NCBI GenBank assembly: GCA_018396535.1
Contig: JAGTQC010000001.1
Location: 64,001-128,000 of the forward strand
Direction: 5' to 3'
DNA from: Candidatus Bathyarchaeota archaeon
GTDB taxonomy: Archaea; Thermoproteota; CALKCG01; B24; DRYS01
DNA: 64,000 nt
How positions within the stretch are numbered: position 1 is the first letter of the stretch; each line of letters opens with the position of its first letter. This document shows, piece by piece, positions 10,877 through 19,483 of this stretch. Position numbers and translations under genes: made by a program. The notes below the pieces were generated by a model that saw nothing but the letters and a program-made list of their open reading frames with translations, did not search any database and was not told the origin of the DNA.

Positions 10877-11386
10877 TTGAGGTTGGAGCATATCTTGCGG
10901 CAGCATGAGATTGTTACTCTATTATTGAGGGGGGTTGTATTTAGGCATACAGAGTATCGATCGCTTGAAGAGTATCTTATCGAAAAGTATAGGTTTAGAA
11001 AGGTTGGGGAGAAGGAGCAGGTTATCCTAGAAAATAGGCATATAATCCCAGCGGATTATAAGAGGATCCTTGATGAGGGAGCTAAGATCCCTGCTATGCT
11101 AGAGGAGTCTGAGAAAAAGTTTTCTGCATTAAAGATATATGAGGGGGAGTATTTGGATGCGAAGGTATACATCTATGTAATGGGGGAGGTTACTCATAGG
11201 GAGGATATGGTTGCAGAGGCTAGCGGTGAGGAGCAGAATCTCGTATACACGTCCATATACCAGTTGATAAAACTTGTTAGTAGCAGCGGGTATGCGCTAC
11301 AGCAGTTAATCGAGCGGCTTACGATCGATTTAGGACTTGATATCAAGTCTAAGGAGTGGGGTTTCCATAGAGGTATGGAAGCCTAG
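10877..11386 (+). CDS. hypothetical soluble protein ending the hydrogenase plus-strand gene run
   Basis: 169-aa ORF with normal protein composition and no recognised motif. Confidence 0.75.
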   Translation: MRLEHILRQHEIVTLLLRGVVFRHTEYRSLEEYLIEKYRFRKVGEKEQVILENRHIIPADYKRILDEGAKIPAMLEESEKKFSALKIYEGEYLDAKVYIYVMGEVTHREDMVAEASGEEQNLVYTSIYQLIKLVSSSGYALQQLIERLTIDLGLDIKSKEWGFHRGMEA

Positions 11387-12891
11387 CCGAATCTGGTATA
11401 GCCTATAAACCTTATGAGGAGGTCTGGGTGTACTCCTATAATTATAGTTGCCATAGCTAGGAGGATCGTGGGTAGCCACATTAATATCGGTACATCACCT
11501 TTAACATCGATGTTTACTCGACTCTTGCCTAGGAAGATTTTGTGGAATGAGCGGATTAGGATTACGCATGATATTACCGCTATACAGATTAGTAGAGCTA
11601 TGATTAGAGATGCTATGATCGAGTTTCCGTAATCGTAGAAGAATTTGTAGGATGCGTTTATAAGGAGTAGCTTCGCATAGAATCCGCTCATCGGTGGGAT
11701 GCCTATTATAGATAGGGCGCATACTATATAGCTTAACGCTGTTTTATTCATTTTTTCAAGAAGACCGCCGAGGAAATCCATATTCGAGCCTCCAGTATTA
11801 AAGTAGACTGAACCTAGACTCAGTATTAACCCGGTTTTTGCTAGTGTGCTATTTATCAGGTAGAATTGCCCGATTATAAAGATCTGTGAATCTGAAGGTG
11901 AGAGTAGGCTTAGGGCGAAGAGGGAGTGCCCATACTCATCTATGCTACAATAGGCGAACATTCTGAAAAAGTCTCTCTGAGAGTATGCCATAAGAGCTCC
12001 GAAGATTATAGATACCAATCCTGTTCCGAGCATTAAAGCTACTATAATACTAGACGGGTAGATTTCGTAGAGTGGAGCGACTAGCCTGTAGAGTGCTAGG
12101 ATTAGGGGGATCGGCTCTATAGCTGTGAAACCGTTAATTATTATCGTAGATGCTGGGAGGGTATCTGGTAGCCAGCCGTGGAATGGGGCGAGCCCGATAT
12201 CTGCACCTAGCCCTACTATGAAACAGGCTACTATAAACATTAGTAGAGGTGGGTTTTCAGCTAGTATCATCCTCTTCTCTATATTACCGAGTAGATGTAG
12301 GATATTCGATTCACCAGTTAAGACGTATATTGTTAAAACACCGATCAAGACAAATAACGCGCTTATAGCTGTTATGATTAGATACTTGAAGGCTGCTTCT
12401 GTCGAATCCTTGATTGGATTATGAGCGACGAGTATTATCGATACACCGATAACCATCTCTACGAATAGGAATATACCGAATAGGTCGTAGGATAGCAGTA
12501 ATCCAAACATGCAGCATAGGAATAGTAGAAGGAAGAAGTTGTATACTCCAGGCTTGAGTCGGCCACCCTTCTCAGCACTCATATTGTAGATCGAGACTAG
12601 GAGGAATAGTATAGCTGTACTCACTAGTGCAGCGATATTTGAAGAATCTGCTCTTAGACCAAGCCCTGTAGTCTCTAGAACTTCACCTATAACACAGTAC
12701 GGGATCATCGCTAATGGTGTAGCTAAGCTTAGAACAGCACTGATTAATAGCAGCATTTTAGCAGTCTTTCTCGAAAACTCCTCTAGGAATTTGAATAGGC
12801 ATGTGAAGAGGCATAGGATACCGGTGAAGAGGGGTACTATTAATGTTAGGAGTGGAAGTAGGGAGTACATTATTCTTTCAGCCACCTCCAT
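11383..12891 (-). CDS. antiporter-like membrane subunit (NuoM/N, MrpD/HyfF-like)
   Basis: Polytopic membrane protein; FVE (TM5), PFHGWLPD, GIPPMSGFYAK. Confidence 0.9.
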   Translation of the reverse strand: MEVAERIMYSLLPLLTLIVPLFTGILCLFTCLFKFLEEFSRKTAKMLLLISAVLSLATPLAMIPYCVIGEVLETTGLGLRADSSNIAALVSTAILFLLVSIYNMSAEKGGRLKPGVYNFFLLLFLCCMFGLLLSYDLFGIFLFVEMVIGVSIILVAHNPIKDSTEAAFKYLIITAISALFVLIGVLTIYVLTGESNILHLLGNIEKRMILAENPPLLMFIVACFIVGLGADIGLAPFHGWLPDTLPASTIIINGFTAIEPIPLILALYRLVAPLYEIYPSSIIVALMLGTGLVSIIFGALMAYSQRDFFRMFAYCSIDEYGHSLFALSLLSPSDSQIFIIGQFYLINSTLAKTGLILSLGSVYFNTGGSNMDFLGGLLEKMNKTALSYIVCALSIIGIPPMSGFYAKLLLINASYKFFYDYGNSIIASLIIALLICIAVISCVILIRSFHKIFLGKSRVNIDVKGDVPILMWLPTILLAMATIIIGVHPDLLIRFIGYTRFG

Positions 12892-13517
12892 CTGTCGACT
12901 AGTATCGTACCGTGATCTCGATAAGCTTCGATAATCACATATGTCCCCATAGCCGTTACGAATATCATTAGTGTAAGGATGAATGGGACAAGCGTTATCG
13001 GTATTTCTGCTAGTAATGGGAAAAGGGAGTTTTCAGCCATGTTTAGCCCAGCGAGGATTTTAAATGCATCACGCCTAGTGATCATGAGGAGGGTTGAGAA
13101 GGAGAACATAAGTATACAGAAGGATAGGGTTATAATTCTCCCTTCTCGCAGCATCTGAGATTGAAGAATCCATAGGATATAGAGTATAGATATCGATATG
13201 ATTAGCGTAGCTAGCTTCCTAGCTTCGATTAAAGGTTTATCAGCTATATTCTCAGTCTTCGTAACCCCCCAGTAGAGGATTAAAGGTGCTACAACCGCTG
13301 CTGAAAACCACTCTGCAAAAGCAGCGAAGAAGTGTATTAGAGCTTCGATATTCAATCCTATTACTAGATCGATTAGACAACGGGCGAGCGTAGCTGAGCC
13401 TATAGCTATAGCTTGGATGGAGAGAAGCATTATCGTTCTGCGTGTAATATCAGTAAAGCATCCTAAAGCTGTGATGAACGCTGCGATAACTAGAGTTAGA
13501 AGGGATGGGGCTTCCAT
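12870..13517 (-). CDS. HyfE-like membrane subunit
   Basis: 215-aa polytopic protein with LLSIQA and GLNMAEN; sits between two antiporter-like subunits. Confidence 0.7.
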   Translation of the reverse strand: MEAPSLLTLVIAAFITALGCFTDITRRTIMLLSIQAIAIGSATLARCLIDLVIGLNIEALIHFFAAFAEWFSAAVVAPLILYWGVTKTENIADKPLIEARKLATLIISISILYILWILQSQMLREGRIITLSFCILMFSFSTLLMITRRDAFKILAGLNMAENSLFPLLAEIPITLVPFILTLMIFVTAMGTYVIIEAYRDHGTILVDRWRWLKE

Positions 13518-13520
13518 GAT

Positions 13521-15506
13521 CTATCCCACCAAAACCGCTAACACCGTTATGATTAACGCTCCTAGAGTGAAGGATAGAATAGCGTAGAAATAGTTCTGCC
13601 GTATATCAAAGCATCGCATCCTCTCTGTTAATTTGAAGAATATCGTTGAGAGTGAATAGTATGCTCTATCGATATCTAGTATACTGCGTAGGCTACCGGT
13701 TCTTAAAACCTCAGCTAGAACATGGTAGAAATGGTGAGCTTGAGGATTATCTAGGATACCCGAATCTTCTCCGCAAATGAATGGTTTAACAGCTTCTTCG
13801 CTAATCGCCGCTCTATGAGCTAGTGCTGCTTTCCTAGAGTAGAGTATTATCGAAATGGATAGTGCGAGGAGGATCGCTATGGATATTGATGTGGTAGTCG
13901 GGTTCCAGAAGCCGAGTGTAGTCTCGATAACCCCCTGTTGCAGAGTCATATTGATCGAGAGATCTCCGAGCAGCTGTTTTACAGCTGGTATAACGAGTAG
14001 GTCTAGTAGAGCTGCTGGAGCGATACCGAATACCATTATAGCTGTAGAGAGGATTGTCATCGGGAGGATCATTAGAATAGTAGGGTTTCTAATAGTTAAC
14101 CTGAGAGGGGGTTTAGCAGTTCTACGTATGAAAACTGAGTAGAACATCCTTACCGCAGCTGCAGCATTAAGGATGCAGCCTAGAAAAGCTATGATTATGA
14201 AGAATGAAGCTTTAGCTTCGATTATAGCGTTGAAAACCAGGTATTTTCCTGCAAAATCGCTGAATAAGGGTATCGTCGACATCGATAGAACGCCTATCAG
14301 ACAGTATAGTGTTGTTATAGGCATTAGTTGATAGAGCCCCTCGATATCGTTTATATTATATCTTCCTGTTGCGTAAACTACCGCACCTGCACAGAGGAAG
14401 AGTAGACCAGATGTGAATGCATGCGATATCATTAGGAATAGGGCTGCGACAATGCCTAGGGGGGTAGCTAGGCCTACGGCTATAGCTATATAGCCTAGCC
14501 CGGATATGGTGGTGTAGGCAACTATTCTCTTTAAATCGCTTTCGATAAGAGCGTTTAAGACTCCGATAACCAGTGTGAGTGAACCGATAAGCGATGTGAT
14601 GAAGCCCCATAAATTTATGCTCCCGAATATCGGGTGGATCAGGGATGTGATGGTGGATGATGTATGGGTGTGGAGTATGTTTGAGAAGAAGCGAATGATG
14701 ATATATATGCCAGCTAGGCTTCCACCCTCATGGAAGACAAGTATGGTTGATGTAGGTGCGATAGTCGCATCCGGTAGCCATGTGTGGAGTGGGAATAACA
14801 CCATCTTAGGTAATGCTGTGATTATGAGGAGTAGGAGGATAATATGAGTTATCGGATCGTTCACAGCTATCCTTTGACCAACTACTTGAATTTCCAGCGT
14901 CCCGGTAACCGAGTGGATGATGATCGATGCTACTAATAGCGTTAAGCCGCCTATATGCGTCATTATCAAAGCCTTCATAGCAGCAGATATGGAGAGGTCG
15001 CTTTCACTCCAAAAGGATATAAGTATATATGAGCATAAGCTGATCAACTCCCAGAATATTAGGAGGGTTAGGAGATTATCTGAGAAAAGCATAGCAAGCA
15101 TAGCGCTATTGAATATGAGGATAAAGGGGTATGACCTATTAAACTCCCAGCCAACCTTATATGCTCTATTGTATGGTGAGAGATAGTGTATGTTGTAGGT
15201 GAGAGCTAGTGCTGTGAATAGTGAGGATATGAGAGCTGGGATGAGGGATAGGCAATCTATGTATAAACCTATGTTTATAACGCCGATCGGTAGGTGGATA
15301 GGGATGAGGCTTACTCTGATTATATCATAGCGAACGACAGGGATCAGTGTGGAGATGAGGAGGAGGGAGAGATAGGATGCTAGGATACAGACGGCTTTAG
15401 CTATGCTTACACCAGTCTTCAACAATCTAGCAATGATATACGATAGTAGAGCTACTGTAGATGGTATAAGCATAGCAAGTATAGCCGTGCTTGATGGAGA
15501 TAACAT
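13521..15506 (-). CDS. antiporter-like membrane subunit (NuoL/MrpA/HyfB-like)
   Basis: WELISLCSY, PKMVLFPLHTWLPDA, DLKRIVAYTTIS, C-terminal PFICGE. Confidence 0.9.
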   Translation of the reverse strand: MLSPSSTAILAMLIPSTVALLSYIIARLLKTGVSIAKAVCILASYLSLLLISTLIPVVRYDIIRVSLIPIHLPIGVINIGLYIDCLSLIPALISSLFTALALTYNIHYLSPYNRAYKVGWEFNRSYPFILIFNSAMLAMLFSDNLLTLLIFWELISLCSYILISFWSESDLSISAAMKALIMTHIGGLTLLVASIIIHSVTGTLEIQVVGQRIAVNDPITHIILLLLIITALPKMVLFPLHTWLPDATIAPTSTILVFHEGGSLAGIYIIIRFFSNILHTHTSSTITSLIHPIFGSINLWGFITSLIGSLTLVIGVLNALIESDLKRIVAYTTISGLGYIAIAVGLATPLGIVAALFLMISHAFTSGLLFLCAGAVVYATGRYNINDIEGLYQLMPITTLYCLIGVLSMSTIPLFSDFAGKYLVFNAIIEAKASFFIIIAFLGCILNAAAAVRMFYSVFIRRTAKPPLRLTIRNPTILMILPMTILSTAIMVFGIAPAALLDLLVIPAVKQLLGDLSINMTLQQGVIETTLGFWNPTTTSISIAILLALSISIILYSRKAALAHRAAISEEAVKPFICGEDSGILDNPQAHHFYHVLAEVLRTGSLRSILDIDRAYYSLSTIFFKLTERMRCFDIRQNYFYAILSFTLGALIITVLAVLVG

Positions 15507-15596
15507 CGTCTCCCACTCTAGCTAAACCAGCAAATTAAGGAAATGTATCTAGGAATTTAAGCTTTTAAGCTATTCTTATACAGATTACGACCCCTT

Positions 15597-16031
15597 TCAT
15601 CTCCTTCTCCACATCGGATGAGTATCCTTAGACCAATCGTCAGGTAGGATAAGCGGCTTCAAGTCTGGATGCCCGTTAAACTCTACTCCGAATAGATCGT
15701 GAACTTCCTGCTCATGTAGCATGGCTCCTGGGATGATATCAGTTATCGTAGGTATGGTATGATCGTTTTGAGGTAGTGTGATACGTAGGGTTACCATGAT
15801 GTTATTCCTGCTTAAATGGTAGAGGATTTCTATACTATCCCCTACTTTAAGCGCTGTTATAGCTGATAGATGTGTAAACCCCTCGTCTACTAGGAGCTTC
15901 ACCGCTTCTCTAAGATCTTCCCGATCTATACGGATGAATATACGATCAGCTCTAGGAGTTGAAAGTTCTAGTATACGATTTCGAAGACGATCCATCAATA
16001 TCATCGCTAAACCTGCTTCTATACCAGACAT
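15597..16031 (-). CDS. NuoC/MbhK-like subunit
   Basis: HLSAITA, PTITDIIPGAMLHEQEVHDLFGVEFNGHPDL..LILPDDW. Confidence 0.92.
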   Translation of the reverse strand: MSGIEAGLAMILMDRLRNRILELSTPRADRIFIRIDREDLREAVKLLVDEGFTHLSAITALKVGDSIEILYHLSRNNIMVTLRITLPQNDHTIPTITDIIPGAMLHEQEVHDLFGVEFNGHPDLKPLILPDDWSKDTHPMWRRR

Positions 16032-16542
16032 CCCTTAACCCTATACATAGTGATTTCTAACTGTAATAAAGTTGTTGCTCTCCAATATCTAGGTTTATGG
16101 TGGTTATACACTATTATTCTCGAATTAGGAGATAGTTTCTCTATTCTCAAGTAGCTTCTATCATCGATTATTCGTTGAATATCTATCCTCAATATCTATG
16201 GTCTTGATTAACGTGTGCTTCGATCCAATCCTTGATGGTAGGGTTAGCATCGTAATTTCTGAAGCTTGGATGAATCCATCGCTATACTTTAGCTATATTT
16301 TACATAAAACTAGGATTGTTAGATTTCACATATTTTGGTTTATTCTTGATTATTGTAACTTTGTTAATTATTTTGAAATTTAGAGTTTATCTAGATTATT
16401 CTAGTGCTGGATTATCTATCATACCTAGCCTGGGCTGTGGATCTACTATATTATCCATCTTATACATGGTTCATGATCTTAAGTGATCAGCCTTAATTGT
16501 TTGATCTAAATGTTTATCTCTATGACTGGGTTTCTATATTCT

Positions 16543-16611
16543 AGGGTTGATGATGAGTGTTGTATAGTATCTTCTGATATGGTGAGGATGTTGGGAGTCA
16601 TCTGAAACCTT
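16543..16611 (+). ncRNA. box C/D sRNA (2'-O-methylation guide)
   Basis: Terminal stem AGGGTT/AACCTT; C ATGATGA 16550-56, D' CTGA 16574-77, C' GTGAGGA 16582-88, D CTGA 16602-05; intergenic. Confidence 0.8.
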
Positions 16612-16687
16612 GTTTGATAATCGTTATCTATGGTATACCGTAAAATATATAAATTATGTATTGGAGTATATTGGTAGAGGTGTTTCT

Positions 16688-18577
16688 ATGTCTAGGAGGC
16701 TTTACGGTTATGCTGGTAGGATTCTCAGATTAGATTTAACTCGTAGGGTTGCTGTTAAATCTGAAACTGGATACGATCTGGCTAGGGATTTCATAGGTGC
16801 TAGGGGTTTTGGAGCTAAGATATTGTGGGATGAGGTTAAGCCTGGTATCGATCCTCTATGCCCTGAGAATAAGATGGTTTTATCCTTCAGCCCGCTTACA
16901 GGTACTTCTGCTCAGAGTTTTCATAGGTTATTCGCTATGTTTAAATCCCCTCTGACTGATGGATATTTTAGATCTACTGGTGGAGGATTCTTCGCTGCTG
17001 AAGTTAAGTTTGCGGGTTATGATGCTATAATAATAGAGGGTAGGGCTGAGAAGCCTGTGTATGTATGGATATGTGATGATGATGTCGAGTTTAGGGATGC
17101 TGATCATGTATGGGGGGCTACCGTGGATGGCGCTGCTGAGATTCTTAGAGAGGAGACTGATAGGAATGCTAGGATGCTTGTTATAGGACCTGCTGGTGAG
17201 AGGCTTGTTAGGATTGCCTGCCTTGTAACTGAGGATTATAGGACTCCTGGTAGGGGTGGTGGTGGAGCTGTATGGGGTTCTAAGAATCTTAAAGCTATAG
17301 TCGTAAAGGGTAGTGGGAGGCCTGAGCTATTCGATCCAGATTTATTCAAGGAGCTTGTCGAGGAGCAGGTGGATGTTTATAGGAGGAGCCCGTTATTCGA
17401 TGCATTCCATAGGCTTGGTACGAACTCTGTTGTATACGAGTTCTATACTCTAGGTCATAATCCGACGTATAACTTTAAGAATGTGGAGTTGGAGAATGTT
17501 GAGGTTTGGAGGCCTGAGGTACTTGAGAGGTATATAGTTAAGCATTACGGCTGTTTCGCATGTATGATCGCTTGTGGTAAGAAGTGGAAGTTGACTATGG
17601 GTCCTTATGCAGGTTTGGTATGGGATTTCCCAGAGTATGAGACTCACTGGAGTTTCGGATCGACTTGTGGTGTTACGAATCTAGAAGCTATAGCTTATGC
17701 TAATATGCTATGCGATAGGTATGGGCTTGATACTATATCTGCTGGTGCTATAGTAGCGTTCGCTATGGAGCTTTATGAGAAGGGTATAATAACTGAGAGG
17801 GAGACTGATGGTTTGAGGCTTAGATGGGGTGATGGCGATGTTGTTGTTGAGCTTGTTAGGAAGATAGCTCTTAGGGAGGGTTTTGGTGATATACTTGCTG
17901 AGGGTGTTGCTAGAGCTGCTGAGATTATAGGTAGGGGTGCTGAGAGGTATGCTATGCATAGTAAGGGTCTAGAGCTCCCCGCCTATGATCCTAGAGCTGC
18001 TAAAGCTCATGGGTTAAGTTATGCTACATCTAATATAGGTGGGAGCCATATGATCGGGTGGAATAAGTATGAGATTCTAGGTAGACCGGAGAGGGTTGAT
18101 CCCCTATCTACAGAGGGGAAGGGTTTGCTAGCTAAGATTGTGCAGGATCAGGTTGCAGCTTATGAAGCAGCTGGCTGGTGTGCTTTCGCAGAGCTTGTCC
18201 AGACTGTTGGTTATGGTAGTGTTGATAGGACTATGGGGTGGATAGGCTCCATCCTCTATGCTGCTACTGGTGTAGAGGAGTTTAGGAATCCTGGTTATCT
18301 ATGGATTATAGGTGAGAGGGTGTATAATATCGAGAGGGCTTTTAACGTTAGGGATGGATTCTCTAGGAGGGATGATTGGCTGCCTGAGAGGTTTCTGAAG
18401 ACTCCGTTTCCGAGGCAGCCTGCTAGGGGTCAGGTATTCGAGTTGGATAGGCTTTTAGATGACTACTACTCGGCTAGGGGTTGGGATTCTAGGACTGGTA
18501 TACCTACTAGGGTGAGGCTTGAGGAGCTTGGCCTCGGATATGTTGCTGATGAGCTTGAGAAGATTGGGAGGTTATAG
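16688..18577 (+). CDS. aor: tungsten-dependent aldehyde:ferredoxin oxidoreductase family protein
   Basis: YGYAGRILRLDLT, GRGGGGAVWGSKNLKAI, CFACMIAC, PEYET, CDRYGLDTIS. ATG 16688 has an AGAGGTG SD. Confidence 0.93.
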   Translation: MSRRLYGYAGRILRLDLTRRVAVKSETGYDLARDFIGARGFGAKILWDEVKPGIDPLCPENKMVLSFSPLTGTSAQSFHRLFAMFKSPLTDGYFRSTGGGFFAAEVKFAGYDAIIIEGRAEKPVYVWICDDDVEFRDADHVWGATVDGAAEILREETDRNARMLVIGPAGERLVRIACLVTEDYRTPGRGGGGAVWGSKNLKAIVVKGSGRPELFDPDLFKELVEEQVDVYRRSPLFDAFHRLGTNSVVYEFYTLGHNPTYNFKNVELENVEVWRPEVLERYIVKHYGCFACMIACGKKWKLTMGPYAGLVWDFPEYETHWSFGSTCGVTNLEAIAYANMLCDRYGLDTISAGAIVAFAMELYEKGIITERETDGLRLRWGDGDVVVELVRKIALREGFGDILAEGVARAAEIIGRGAERYAMHSKGLELPAYDPRAAKAHGLSYATSNIGGSHMIGWNKYEILGRPERVDPLSTEGKGLLAKIVQDQVAAYEAAGWCAFAELVQTVGYGSVDRTMGWIGSILYAATGVEEFRNPGYLWIIGERVYNIERAFNVRDGFSRRDDWLPERFLKTPFPRQPARGQVFELDRLLDDYYSARGWDSRTGIPTRVRLEELGLGYVADELEKIGRL

Positions 18578-18618
18578 GTTTAGCTATACGTTTATCATCC
18601 TATTTCTTTAACCCCTCG

Positions 18619-18921
18619 GTGGATGTTATGAAGGTTTTCGTAGAGTTTATAGGTTATCTAGCTAGGAAGATCGGGAGGGGGTGGCTATGGGTTGAAGTCT
18701 GTGAGGGGGATGATCTTAGGGATCTGTTTTTGAAGAGGTTATCCTCATGGCTTGAGGTGGATATAGCTAGATCTCTACTAGATGCGTTTATTAGAGGGGA
18801 GGTTAGGATAGCTGTTAACGGTAGGATTGTCTGGGATCTCGATTTGAAGCTTAGCGATGGGGATAGAATACTTTTATTTCCTCTAGCTGCTGGTGGTTGT
18901 AGTCTATCTATAGGATCGTAG
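18619..18921 (+). CDS. MoaD/ThiS ubiquitin-like sulfur carrier
   Basis: IAVNGR..LSDGDRILLFPLAAGG; the GG is followed by 7 extra residues. Confidence 0.88.
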   Translation: MDVMKVFVEFIGYLARKIGRGWLWVEVCEGDDLRDLFLKRLSSWLEVDIARSLLDAFIRGEVRIAVNGRIVWDLDLKLSDGDRILLFPLAAGGCSLSIGS

Positions 18922-19036
18922 CAGATTCTATTATTGCTGGATTAGTTATGCTTCTATAGAAGTGTATGATTTATCTTTTGGTTTAGATCTGCTTACAGTA
19001 ATGTTTAAATTTTAGTGAATTAGCATCTTAGAAGTT

Positions 19037-19483
19037 GTGGTTTCGATGAGTATAGAGGTTGTTTACGCTCTCCTAGTTATCGTCGGCCTCATATTAGAGT
19101 GGGTGATTTACAGTGTGGAGGGTGATAGATCTGGTGGTATTGTTACGATTCCTCTGATAGCTGTGTATACTCTTCTATATCCATCGTTTGGTCTTCTCCT
19201 CTGGTTTATCGTATCCGTCTGCTATATAGCTGCTGAGATTATGTATAGGGGGTTCCTGCTTTATGGTAGGAGGCTTTTCCTAGCTGTCGTAGCTTTCTGT
19301 ATAGTAGTGACTATTCCATCGATGTTTCTTCTAGGTTTCGAACGTTTCTTCGTTATATCTATAGTTCCCGGGATCGTAGCTTATAATATCCACTATGAGA
19401 GGAGGTTTTCTAGAACCTTTATGTTAACTCTAGCTAAGTATCTTACTCTACTAGGCTTAGGTTATCTATTATTGAATCTGTGA
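19037..19483 (+). CDS. pgsC: poly-gamma-glutamate biosynthesis protein PgsC/CapC
   Basis: Small membrane protein with GGIVTIP, LLYGRR, IVPGIVAY; overlaps pgsB by 4 nt. Confidence 0.8.
   Translation: MVSMSIEVVYALLVIVGLILEWVIYSVEGDRSGGIVTIPLIAVYTLLYPSFGLLLWFIVSVCYIAAEIMYRGFLLYGRRLFLAVVAFCIVVTIPSMFLLGFERFFVISIVPGIVAYNIHYERRFSRTFMLTLAKYLTLLGLGYLLLNL

Noticed and set aside
16035-16540. Possible gene in the AT-rich gap (61-aa ORF 16198-16383)
   Set aside because: No recognisable protein in the frames read; at most a decayed remnant.
16610-16687. Track N-terminal extension of AOR
   Set aside because: It spans a TATA-like promoter region; ATG 16688 has an SD and matches the family N-terminus.
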